The position numbers were made by a program, and so were the translations under genes. The notes under the pieces were generated by a model. It saw only the letters and a program-made list of their open reading frames with translations, did not search any database and was not told the origin of the DNA. From Nitrospirota bacterium (GTDB taxonomy: Bacteria; Nitrospirota; Thermodesulfovibrionia; Thermodesulfovibrionales; Dissulfurispiraceae), in the NCBI GenBank assembly GCA_963710375.1, contig CAVPZX010000009.1, positions 43,865 to 107,864 of the forward strand: a DNA stretch of 64,000 bases. The letters run 5' to 3'. Of the stretch, positions 40,961 through 50,260 are shown one piece after another; the stretch's first letter is position 1, and the number at the start of each line of letters is the position of its first letter.

Positions 40961-41811
40961 CAAGATACTGTGCAGGGTTTTGTCTTATGCATTTCTTTAT
41001 GATACCTTTATCGAACCCCATTTCAATCAGCCTGGAAGCTGCCTCCGGTATGCTCATGCTTCCACCCATGAGAGTGCCTCTGCTATCCGTAACGCCCAGG
41101 GGATGCATGGATTTTTTTGACTCCAGCACCGAATCGGAGACGATTATTATTCTTGCAGGATTCTTTACTTTAAATATCAAACCAATCGTTGCCTGATGGA
41201 GATGAAAGGGATCGGCAATGACTTCAATATAAACCTCCTGGTTGAGAAGTCCGAATCCCGCAATCCCCGGCTCGCGATGGTGAAAACATCGCATTGCATT
41301 AAAAATATGGGTAATGCCACGCGCACCTGCATGATATCCGCTCTCAGCTTCACCATATGTTGCTGCCGAATGTCCCATGCTGGGAATAATCCCCTTATCA
41401 GCTATTTTTCGTATTATCGCCGCTGCGCCCTTCAGCCTCAGGAGCAATGGTGATAATTTTTACCATATCCTCAAATCCCTCTATCAGCTTTTGCAAATGG
41501 TATTCCGTCGGCTCAAGGAAAGCAGTTGCATCCAGCGCACCGCACTGTAAAGGATTCAGAAATGGCCCCTCAAGATGCAATCCTATGATCCTCGATTGAG
41601 TATCTGCCATGGCCTTCTGCAGCTCCATGGCATTTCTGACAACATCCATATGTTTTCTCATGACATTTATCTCTGCAGGGTAGATTGCAGGGACGATTTC
41701 GGCAACACCCAGGGCGCCATGTGCCGCTGCGATTGCCAGGATATCTTTTTCGTCAGGCATCCTTGTGTCGTACCCGCCGATACCGTGCGTATGAACATCG
41801 ATAATTTTCAT
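40953..41811 (-). CDS. nagA: N-acetylglucosamine-6-phosphate deacetylase; 1-nt frameshift near 41436
   Basis: IDVHTHG, HLEGPFLN, TIAPE(L), MGHSAAT, THIFNAM. Confidence 0.88.
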
Positions 41812-41864
41812 AAGAATATCTTAGCACAGGGAGAGCGGCGTGCGAGAGCTGAAAAAGAGCAGAT

Positions 41865-42061
41865 TCTGCAATTCAGACACTGGATAAGTCTCTTACGCTC
41901 AGGCGCTGCGTCTTGACAGTTCTAACGACTCGTCACGCTACAGGCGCAAAATTCAGCCCTTCGGACTTCAGTTTCGCGCCTGCTATACGCTTACTCGCCG
42001 AGAACTATTACCAAGACTCCGCGATTCGCTCCGGAGACTTATCCAGTGTCTGAATTGCAGA
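41865..42061. mobile_element. 197-bp fold-back element with perfect 28-bp terminal inverted repeats (MITE-like or structured RNA)
   Basis: TCTGCAATTCAGACACTGGATAAGTCTC ... GAGACTTATCCAGTGTCTGAATTGCAGA; nested internal complementarity and a central CTTCGG. Confidence 0.75.
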
Positions 42062-42136
42062 GAGAAGATTATTATTAGATATTTTGAAATAGCTCCAATG
42101 TTTTGGTATAGTTAATTTTACAATTCAGAAATAATC

Positions 42137-42874
42137 TTGATTAGGAGGGAGGAAGCAGTGCTCCTTTTAGGAAAATGGACACTTGACTCATTGGAGGATA
42201 TGCTGCGGAAATCATCTTCATACAGCACGCCCGGAGAACGCATACATTACCTTTCCTCCCTTTTTCTTGACACTGCTTATAAAGAATCGACCCTGCTCGG
42301 AGACGCAGCTACCCCGGAGGTCTTTGTAATAAATCTCCAGGAAGTCGACTGTTTTACCTTCATTGAGTATATCGAAGCCATGAGGCTGTCAGGCTCGTTT
42401 CATGAGTTTGAAAAGAATCTGGAGATAATAAGATACCGCTCCGGAAAAGTCGCCTTTACCGCAAGAAAGCACTTTTTTACCGACTGGAGTGAATTTAATA
42501 AGGATTTTGTTGACCATGTCACCAAACGTATAGGAGGGCGGGAAACAATACTGCTCCGTAAACAATTGAACAGGAAGGAGGATGGAACATCCTTTCTCTT
42601 CGGTATTCAGCCGATCAGTCGTGGCATTGAATATATTCCTTCCAGTTCACTGGATGGTAAGCTTGTTGACAATCTGAAAACCGGTGACTATATCGGTATT
42701 TACTCGGCCGCTCCGGGTCTTGATGTTTCACATGTCGGTATTTTTATCAAAACCGGAGGCGAAACGTATCTAAGGCATGCTTCATCCGCAAAAGAGCACA
42801 GGAAAGTAATCGACCAGGATTTTAAAAACTACATCAAAACCAAACCGGGCATTATTGTACTGAGGCCGAAATAG
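42137..42874 (+). CDS. DUF1460 N-acetylmuramoyl-L-alanine amidase-like protein
   Basis: VDCFTFIEY, RKHFFTDW, GLDVSHVG, LRHASS. Confidence 0.85.
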   Translation: MIRREEAVLLLGKWTLDSLEDMLRKSSSYSTPGERIHYLSSLFLDTAYKESTLLGDAATPEVFVINLQEVDCFTFIEYIEAMRLSGSFHEFEKNLEIIRYRSGKVAFTARKHFFTDWSEFNKDFVDHVTKRIGGRETILLRKQLNRKEDGTSFLFGIQPISRGIEYIPSSSLDGKLVDNLKTGDYIGIYSAAPGLDVSHVGIFIKTGGETYLRHASSAKEHRKVIDQDFKNYIKTKPGIIVLRPK

Positions 42875-42879
42875 CTGCC

Positions 42880-43197
42880 CTATCTCAACCTGCTGCCGCA
42901 CTTCCTGCAAATGCGCCTGTAAAGATCATTACCCAGATATTTATTACATGAAGGACATCTCCAGTTAACGCGGCTGAAACCTATAAACGCAGCGATAACC
43001 ATAATCTGCGCTCCGAAGAGAGTATTTCTTGAGAACTCTCCCAGTACCGTCGGTCGCTTATAAAGCACAGCAAGAAACAACACAAGAAACAGCGTTATCC
43101 CTATGGCGATGAGCTGACGCCCCCGCCGCAACTCGAAATTTTGCATGATATTTTTTTCGTCTCTTTTTAACATCGTTACAAGTTTCCTTTTAAGCAT
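42880..43197 (-). CDS. Small 2-TM protein with C-terminal zinc ribbon
   Basis: WRCPSCNKYL...CRKCG. Confidence 0.7.
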   Translation of the reverse strand: MLKRKLVTMLKRDEKNIMQNFELRRGRQLIAIGITLFLVLFLAVLYKRPTVLGEFSRNTLFGAQIMVIAAFIGFSRVNWRCPSCNKYLGNDLYRRICRKCGSRLR

Positions 43198-43298
43198 ATT
43201 ATATCATCAGTACTTTCCGAGCTTCCGACTATTTAAAACTTACAGCGCGATGCTATACTTATTTGCAGCCTTATATTATTGCATGGGAGGATACAACC

Positions 43299-43895
43299 AT
43301 GAAGGTCATTGTCATCGGAGCAACAGGAACAATAGGCAGAGCAATCGTGCAGGCTATCGGGGACCGCCATGAGGTGGTTCCGGTCAGTTTCAGCAAATCA
43401 ATGATTACGGTTGATATTTCGGACAAGACATCCATAACAAAGATGTTCGAGACGACAGGACGAGTCGATGCCGTGATCATTGCGGCGGGACTCGCTAAGT
43501 TCGGTCCTATGGATTCCCTTACGGATGCAGACTTTGCACTTGGCCTCAACAATAAACTGATGGGACAGGTGAACCTGGTGCGCTTAGGATTGGACCACGT
43601 AAAAGACAATGGATCATTCACGCTGACGAGCGGCATATTAAGCCGCTTACCAATGAAGGGTTCGACTGCGATCAGTTTAGTGAACTCGGCTATTGAGGGT
43701 TTCAGTCGTGCGGCTGCGTTGGAAATGCCGCGAGGCATTCGCATAAACACAATAAGTCCCAATTGGGTGATAGATACCCTCAAAGCCTTCAATATGGATG
43801 AGTCGATCGGCACTCCCGTTGAGGTGATCGCCCGCACTTATGTACTGGCAATGGAAGGCTCCATGACCGGCCAGGTAATTGATGCAGTACAGTAA
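43299..43895 (+). CDS. Short-chain dehydrogenase (short atypical type)
   Basis: IGATGTIG, NKLMGQVNL, GIRINTISP. Confidence 0.9.
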   Translation: MKVIVIGATGTIGRAIVQAIGDRHEVVPVSFSKSMITVDISDKTSITKMFETTGRVDAVIIAAGLAKFGPMDSLTDADFALGLNNKLMGQVNLVRLGLDHVKDNGSFTLTSGILSRLPMKGSTAISLVNSAIEGFSRAAALEMPRGIRINTISPNWVIDTLKAFNMDESIGTPVEVIARTYVLAMEGSMTGQVIDAVQ

Positions 43896-43985
43896 GTGCG
43901 AGCAGCGAAGGGGGCTTCCATGAATCGACATCCGGCTCAAGGTTCAGACAGGCAATCTTATAACTCAGATGGCCTTTTTTGTTTC

Positions 43986-44627
43986 ATGGATATCGTCGCA
44001 AAGGAGGCTGAAGGATATGCAAAAGACCATACAACACCCATGTCGGAATTACTCGAGGAAGTCGAATACTTCACCCTCACAAGGACGATCTATCCAAGTA
44101 TGCTCACCGGACGGGTCGAAGGGCGGTTTCTGCAGTTAGCTGCTCAACTATCAGGGGCGCACCGCATTGTCGACATAGGCACATTTACGGGTTACTCGGC
44201 CCTTGCCATGGCCGAGGTCCTGCCCGATGACGGCAAAATCCTGACCATCGAGCAGAATCCGGATCTTGCCAAGATCGCGCAGAATTTCTTCAACCAGAGC
44301 CCCAGCGTATCTAAGATCAACCTCCGGATTGGCGAGGCCCTCGAAATACTCAAGACCCTGCCGGATGAAAAGACAGACCTTGTATTCATCGACGCCGACA
44401 AACGCAACTACAGCGCGTATTACAGAGAATCGATGCGTATTTTGCGAATAGGCGGATTGATACTTGCCGACAATGCCCTGTGGTACGGCGGGATCTTCGA
44501 TCCGAAAGACGACGAAGACCGGGCAATGGCAGACTTCAATAAACTGGTGAATGCAGACCACCGGACCGAAAAACTCTTTCTCACTATCCGGGACGGGATT
44601 TATTTGATAAGGAAGCGTATCAGCTAG
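43986..44627 (+). CDS. Class I SAM-dependent O-methyltransferase (COMT/CCoAOMT-like)
   Basis: DIGTFTGYSAL, DLVFIDADK, ADNALW, IRDG. Confidence 0.9.
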   Translation: MDIVAKEAEGYAKDHTTPMSELLEEVEYFTLTRTIYPSMLTGRVEGRFLQLAAQLSGAHRIVDIGTFTGYSALAMAEVLPDDGKILTIEQNPDLAKIAQNFFNQSPSVSKINLRIGEALEILKTLPDEKTDLVFIDADKRNYSAYYRESMRILRIGGLILADNALWYGGIFDPKDDEDRAMADFNKLVNADHRTEKLFLTIRDGIYLIRKRIS

Positions 44628-44665
44628 ATGGTATTTTTTACATTGATCAGGTTGGTTATAATATC

Positions 44666-45229
44666 ATGATGGGTAAAACCGCAATCATCGACATAGACAA
44701 TACTTTATGGCAGTTTTGTGATGCCTTTTACGAAGAACTGAGAAAGCTTAACCAGGACTTTCCGCCCCCTGAAAACTGGACAGACTGGAATATTTGGGAA
44801 GGATATTGTACTGAACAGGAGTTTTACGAGGCAGTAAATGCTATTCATCTAAACCAGGACAGCGATGAGCATCAGCCTTATCCTGAAGCCAAAGGTTTCC
44901 TGTATGCGTTGAAACAGAATTACTACCATATCACAATAGCAAGTCACCGATCTCCCGAGTATATGAGCCAGACCGAGAGATGGTTAAAGAAACATGGATT
45001 GGTTTATGATGACATCCACCTGTCCCATCATAAGACCAGCTTATTTAATAACAGCATTGATGTTGTGGTGGACGACGCACCACAGGTATTGGAAAAAGCG
45101 GTAGAGAGCGGAGCTTTAGCCACAGGACTATTATTCCCGTGGAACCGTACCTATAGTGATAATGGGTTCAGGCTGTGCAGTGACCTCAATGAGATATTAG
45201 ACTATATCCTGCAGAATAAGCCCTTATGA
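44666..45229 (+). CDS. HAD-family 5'(3')-deoxyribonucleotidase-like protein
   Basis: IIDIDNTL, VVDDAP, PWNR. Confidence 0.75.
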   Translation: MMGKTAIIDIDNTLWQFCDAFYEELRKLNQDFPPPENWTDWNIWEGYCTEQEFYEAVNAIHLNQDSDEHQPYPEAKGFLYALKQNYYHITIASHRSPEYMSQTERWLKKHGLVYDDIHLSHHKTSLFNNSIDVVVDDAPQVLEKAVESGALATGLLFPWNRTYSDNGFRLCSDLNEILDYILQNKPL

Positions 45230-45903
45230 TTCCGATCCGAGATACCGTACCTAATAGAACATTCCCCTCGACCACGTGTATGCTCATAATCCTGTGCGGA
45301 ATTGTTTTCCTGTTTGAAACCACCTTGCCGCAGGAACAACTTGAGAATTTCACATATTATTTTGGGATTGTGCCTGTAGAGTATTCAAAGGGTCATCGTC
45401 ATGGTCTGCCTCTGGTTCATTACCTGTCATTCCTGACCACGATGTTCCTGCACGGGGGATGGCTGCATATCCTGGGTAATATGTGGTTTCTCAAGATATT
45501 CGGCAGCAAAGTAGAAGACAACATGGGACATGGCCGATTCCTTGTGTTTTATTTGATCGTGGGGGTCTTGGCAAGTATGTTCTACATCCACTTCAGCCCA
45601 CAATCCTCTATGCCTGTCATAGGTGCCTCAGGTGCGATTGCCGGGGTTATGGGCGCATATTATGTGCTGTTTCCACGGGCAAGAATCCTGACGTTCATTC
45701 CAATATTTATTATCCCGTGGTTTATAGAGCTTCCATCGTTAATTTTTTTGGGGTGGTGGTTCTTGCTGCAGTTATTTGCTGGAACAGTGACCCAGGTGTT
45801 GCCTTCATCCGGTGAAGGAGTAGCGTGGTGGGGACACATAGGGGGGTTTATAGCCGGGGCTTTGTTGGTGACGTTCTTTAAAAAACCTTCCAGACAATAC
45901 TGA
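45226..45903 (+). CDS. Rhomboid intramembrane serine protease
   Basis: FLHGGWLHILGNM, GASGAI, WGHIGG. Confidence 0.93.
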   Translation: MIPIRDTVPNRTFPSTTCMLIILCGIVFLFETTLPQEQLENFTYYFGIVPVEYSKGHRHGLPLVHYLSFLTTMFLHGGWLHILGNMWFLKIFGSKVEDNMGHGRFLVFYLIVGVLASMFYIHFSPQSSMPVIGASGAIAGVMGAYYVLFPRARILTFIPIFIIPWFIELPSLIFLGWWFLLQLFAGTVTQVLPSSGEGVAWWGHIGGFIAGALLVTFFKKPSRQY

Positions 45904-45969
45904 AACCCCCTTCCCTGCTCTCCGCGGCGCCGCACAAGAACCATCTTTACCCCCAAAGAAGTATTAGTG

Positions 45970-46482
45970 TCAATTTTGGGAAAGCGTCAGCATATCCACT
46001 GTTTTCCCTATCAGTCTGTCCATGTCAAGGAGTATTATCAGTCTGTCCTCCAGCTTTGCTATGCCCGTTATAAACTCCGTGCCTGCTTCAGCAGCCACCT
46101 GAGGTGTGGGATCTACTATGTCTGATGGAATCCTCAATACCTCCGATACCGCATCAACTACAAGTCCGACCGTCATGCCTTGTACGTCTATTATCATTAT
46201 TCTGGATTGTGCATCATTTTCCTTTGAATCAAGTCCGAATTTTTTCCTTAAATCTATTACCGGCATGACCTTACCCCTCAGGTTAATAACCCCCTCAACG
46301 TAGGAAGGCGCATTGGGCACCCTTGTTATTTCTTTCATCCTGTTTATTTCCTGTACCTTCAGTATATCCACTGCATATTCCTCACCGCCGAGGCCAAAGG
46401 TCACAAGCTGCAGCAAATCGCTTCTCTTGCCTTGCGCTTTGACCACCACCAAAGAATCCTGCGTTGCTAATAATGCGTCCAT
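45970..46482 (-). CDS. cheW: Chemotaxis coupling protein CheW
   Basis: VQEINR, GVINLRGKVMPVIDL, GLVVDAVSEV. Confidence 0.95.
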   Translation of the reverse strand: MDALLATQDSLVVVKAQGKRSDLLQLVTFGLGGEEYAVDILKVQEINRMKEITRVPNAPSYVEGVINLRGKVMPVIDLRKKFGLDSKENDAQSRIMIIDVQGMTVGLVVDAVSEVLRIPSDIVDPTPQVAAEAGTEFITGIAKLEDRLIILLDMDRLIGKTVDMLTLSQN

Positions 46483-46538
46483 TTAATACCTCCCGTGTCC
46501 TTTTCTATAATAGGCTTACCCCATTAATGACTTCCGTT

Positions 46539-48195
46539 TCAATTGACTCGAAAGTGGTTGACATCTGTTCTTAATTCTACAGCCATCTTTGACAAGTTAG
46601 ACGATTCCTGCCCTATTTGACAGGACCCGGCACTCGTCTCCCTTGATACGGTTGCTATAACCTCTATGTCACCGCTTATCTGCTCCGATACTGTTGACAT
46701 CTCCTCTGTTGCCGACGCTATCTGCTGCACCATGGCCTGCAGACCGTTAACGCTGTCAACTATTTTACGGAGACCGCCTCCAGCCTGGTTTGCAAGTTCC
46801 ACCCCTACTTTGACCTTTTTTGTCCCCTCTCCCATCGAGACAACCGCCTTTTCAGTCTCTGCCTGTATCGCGGTTATCATTTCTCCTATTTCAGATGTCG
46901 AATGTGCGGTCTTTTCAGCAAGCTTCCTGACTTCGTCAGCTACTACAGCGAAACCTCTTCCCTGCTCTCCTGCGCGCGCCGCTTCTATGGCTGCATTCAG
47001 GGCAAGAAGGTTTGTCTGGTCCGCTATATCCTTAATTACGCCGATTATCTCTCCTATCTGCTTGGAACGGTCGCCGAGGGCAGTCATGATTTTCGCCAGA
47101 TCTTCCACAGTCGCCGATATCTCCTGCACTTCATTGACTGTTTTGCTCACTATAAGCGCGCCATCCTCAGACTGTCTTTAATGTGTCTGCTGATGAAGTT
47201 GCTATGTCAGAGCTGTTTTTTGCTATATCGATAACGGTCTGTGACATCTCTACAGACGCTGTTGCCACCTGATTCGCCTTGTTCGCCTGCTCCTCTACTC
47301 TCTTTGTCATCTGGGTCACTGTCGCTGACAGTTCTTCCGATGACGAGGCAACATGGCTGGCAGTGTCTGAAAACTTCCCTATCATACCGCTTAGCGATTT
47401 CTTCATCATGTTCAGGGCCCTGGCTAAAGCGCCTATCTCATCCTTTGATCTTACATCCAAATCCTCGCAGGTCAGGTCGCCTTCTGCAATCTTTCCGGCA
47501 ACTTCAATGCCTTTATGCAATGGCAGGACTATGCTCCGTGTAATCAATATCGAAATTATTACAGCGAGCACAATTGCAATGCCGCCGATCATAAACATCA
47601 ATAACACTGCATTTTTGTATGACTTCACTGCTTCTTCATAACGTTCCTGGTTGCGGAGTTTCTGATAGTTGCTCAACTCATCTGAATCCTCGATCAATTT
47701 GCGCACTGCCGGACGCGCTTCCCTGTTCATGAAATCGACAGCTTCACCGTTCTTGTTTGCCATAGCAAGATCTATCACTTTGTTGTTTAACGGCTTTACA
47801 GTTTCTGCTGCGGCCCGCACTTTTTCTACAGCCTCGCGGCCTTTAGTATCATCCTTAGGCGTCATTTCATCGACCTTTTTCAATCCCTCATCCCGTTTCA
47901 TCCTGTCGTCGCCCATCACTTTTATCTGCTCTTGTCTCTTTCCAGGATCCGTTACCAGAAGTATGTTGCGTAAAGATATGGATATTTCACGAGTTCTGTT
48001 TGCTATATCTGTGGAATATTCCATGCGAGTATTGTTGATTTTGACGATCCGTTCAAGATGGTCCTGTATGCGACCCATGCTGTAGGTGCCGATGAAAAGC
48101 AAAACTATCATCAGTAAAGTGACTGCGCCAAACCCTAATCCCAACCTCATCCCGACTTTTAAGTTCTTAAACACCTTTTCCTCCTTTGCCGGCAT
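46539..48195 (-). CDS. Methyl-accepting chemotaxis protein (four-helix-bundle sensor, HAMP); 1-nt frameshift at 47171
   Basis: [37 protein letters not shown]. Removing 1 nt gives [16 protein letters not shown]. Confidence 0.92.
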
Positions 48196-48370
48196 GTTTT
48201 AAATCCACGCCTGCTTGTGAATGTTTTATATACACCTCACAGTCCTCGAAAGCACTGCAACAATAAAACAGCGCTTTAAATATCTTCTGGCTGTTCATGT
48301 CAAAGCAATAACAATCCTCATAGGGATTTCCGGTTAAAGGGCATAAATTATTTTCTGCTTCAGAGTGCAT
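48167..48370 (-). CDS. Small Cys-rich hypothetical protein
   Basis: CP..EDCYC...YCC..FEDCEVY; overlaps the MCP start; no clear RBS. Confidence 0.5.
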   Translation of the reverse strand: MHSEAENNLCPLTGNPYEDCYCFDMNSQKIFKALFYCCSAFEDCEVYIKHSQAGVDLKHAGKGGKGV

Positions 48371-48386
48371 CACGAAAATTTGTATT

Positions 48387-48548
48387 ATCAAAAATAATGC
48401 CAGAGCACTCAACAATACTGAGCGTGTTGATTTATCCAGTAATTAAAGCAAGTTATGACGAAAGGTGAATATGATAGAAATCTTTGACTATCGGGAGAAC
48501 TGTGTCATGAAACAACTGTATCATGGAACAATATTGTGTCATTACACG
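48387..48548 (-). promoter_or_regulatory. Sigma54-like promoter plus three upstream enhancer-like repeats
   Basis: TGGCAT-N5-TTGAT at 48402-48387; TGTGTCATGAAACA, TGTATCATGGAACA and TGTGTCATTACACG at 48501, 48517 and 48535. Confidence 0.6.
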
Positions 48549-48562
48549 CACTGCGCAGGTGT

Positions 48563-50260
48563 TCAATGTTCTTTTATTTTGTATTCCGCTATCCTTCTAT
48601 AGATAGTGCTTCTGCTCAGTCCGAGAATATTTGCGGCTTTCGATTTGTTCCATGCTGTCCTTTCCAGGACCTGAATTATCGATTGTGGATCATCCTTAAG
48701 AGGAGTCTCGAAAGCTATCTTGTTCAAGCCGGTAGAATGTATTAAATCTGCCGGAAGATCATTTATGGTAATAACCGGTTGCCGGCTCACAACAAAGGCA
48801 TGCTCCATAACATGCTCCAATTCTCTCACATTGCCAGGCCATTGATATGTCATAAAAAGTCTCAGGACTTCTGAAGACACATCAATTATCTGTTTGCCCA
48901 ACTTCTTATTCAGTTTATTCAAAAAATGGGGTATCAGGGCCGTTATATCCTCTTTTCTTTCCCTAAGAGGCGGCAAATGCAATTCCACGACTTTAAGCCT
49001 GTAATACAGGTCTTCTCGGAACCTGCCGAGCCTGACCTTCTCTCTGAGATCGGCATTAGTGGCCGCTATGACACGGACATCGACTTTTATCGGGGTGGAA
49101 TCTCCAACTCTTTCAAATTCCATTTTCTGAAGGACCCCGAGGAGCCTCAGTTGCATCCTGGAGGATATATCGCCTATCTCATCCAAAAAAATTGTGCCGC
49201 CGTCAGCCCTTTTGAACCGTCCTATCTCGTCCCTGATGGCGCCGGTAAAGGCCCCTTTTATATGTCCGAACAATTCGCTCTCAAGAAGATCGTCGGACAG
49301 CGCCGTACAATTCACTTTCACAAACGGCTTTTCGCATCTCGGTCCCCTGTAATGAACTGTCTCGGCCACAAGTCCCTTGCCGGTCCCGCTCTCTCCTGTC
49401 AGCAGGACAGTTGCCTCCACACCTGAAAGAGATTCAATGAGTGTGTAAATTTTTTGCATATCCTCGCTTTTGCCTATAATATTGTCCATTTGGAATCGCT
49501 CATGAAGGTCCCGCTCCAGATTTGTCAAACGTGTTTCGTCTCTGGCAACCAGAACCACCCCTGACACTTTGCCCTGCTGATACACCAGCGGATATGAATT
49601 AAGATTCACAACCTGATGGGGGCGTTCTTTATGCCTGCATTCAAAGTGATGGATTTCGAGAGGCTGCCCGGTTTCAATGGTCCTTTTAATCACTTCCAGG
49701 CATTTCCCGTCGCATCCGCTCTGCGAAGGCGTAAAAGTCCTTCCAACAATATCCCGGGAATGTCCGCAGATAGCTGTTGCCGCCTCATTGACCTCTATAA
49801 CGGTTAAATCAGTGTCCACGGTTATAATTGCGTCCCTTACACTCCTGAAGATCGCGTCGAGGTTGTAGCGGTACTTTTCCTTTTCGAGCGTCAGCGCCTT
49901 GAACTGCAGCGCGGTCTGCGCCGCTTTCAGTATGACGTCGAGCCTAATAGGTTTAGGGATATAATCAAAGGCGCCAAGTCGAACAGCCTCGGATGCCGAA
50001 TCGATATCGGGTACCCCTGTAATTATAATCACAGGGCACGTAATGTCTTTTTCCCTTATTTTGCGCAGTATATCTATCCCTGATCTGTTGCCTAAAATAA
50101 TATCTGCGAAAATCAGATCGAAGTCGGCTTTGGTCACGCAGGTCAGAGCTTCATCATAGGTTGCCGCTGTTGTTACTTCATAGCCTGCATCTGAAAGGAT
50201 ATTATCAAAAGCAAACCTTATGCTCTCTTCATCATCTATTACAAGGATTTTACTTCTCAT
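48563..50260 (-). CDS. Sigma54-dependent activator (REC-PAS-AAA+-HTH)
   Basis: GESGTGKG, ESELFGH.KGAFTGA, WPGNVREL, WNKSKAA. Confidence 0.95.
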   Translation of the reverse strand: MRSKILVIDDEESIRFAFDNILSDAGYEVTTAATYDEALTCVTKADFDLIFADIILGNRSGIDILRKIREKDITCPVIIITGVPDIDSASEAVRLGAFDYIPKPIRLDVILKAAQTALQFKALTLEKEKYRYNLDAIFRSVRDAIITVDTDLTVIEVNEAATAICGHSRDIVGRTFTPSQSGCDGKCLEVIKRTIETGQPLEIHHFECRHKERPHQVVNLNSYPLVYQQGKVSGVVLVARDETRLTNLERDLHERFQMDNIIGKSEDMQKIYTLIESLSGVEATVLLTGESGTGKGLVAETVHYRGPRCEKPFVKVNCTALSDDLLESELFGHIKGAFTGAIRDEIGRFKRADGGTIFLDEIGDISSRMQLRLLGVLQKMEFERVGDSTPIKVDVRVIAATNADLREKVRLGRFREDLYYRLKVVELHLPPLRERKEDITALIPHFLNKLNKKLGKQIIDVSSEVLRLFMTYQWPGNVRELEHVMEHAFVVSRQPVITINDLPADLIHSTGLNKIAFETPLKDDPQSIIQVLERTAWNKSKAANILGLSRSTIYRRIAEYKIKEH

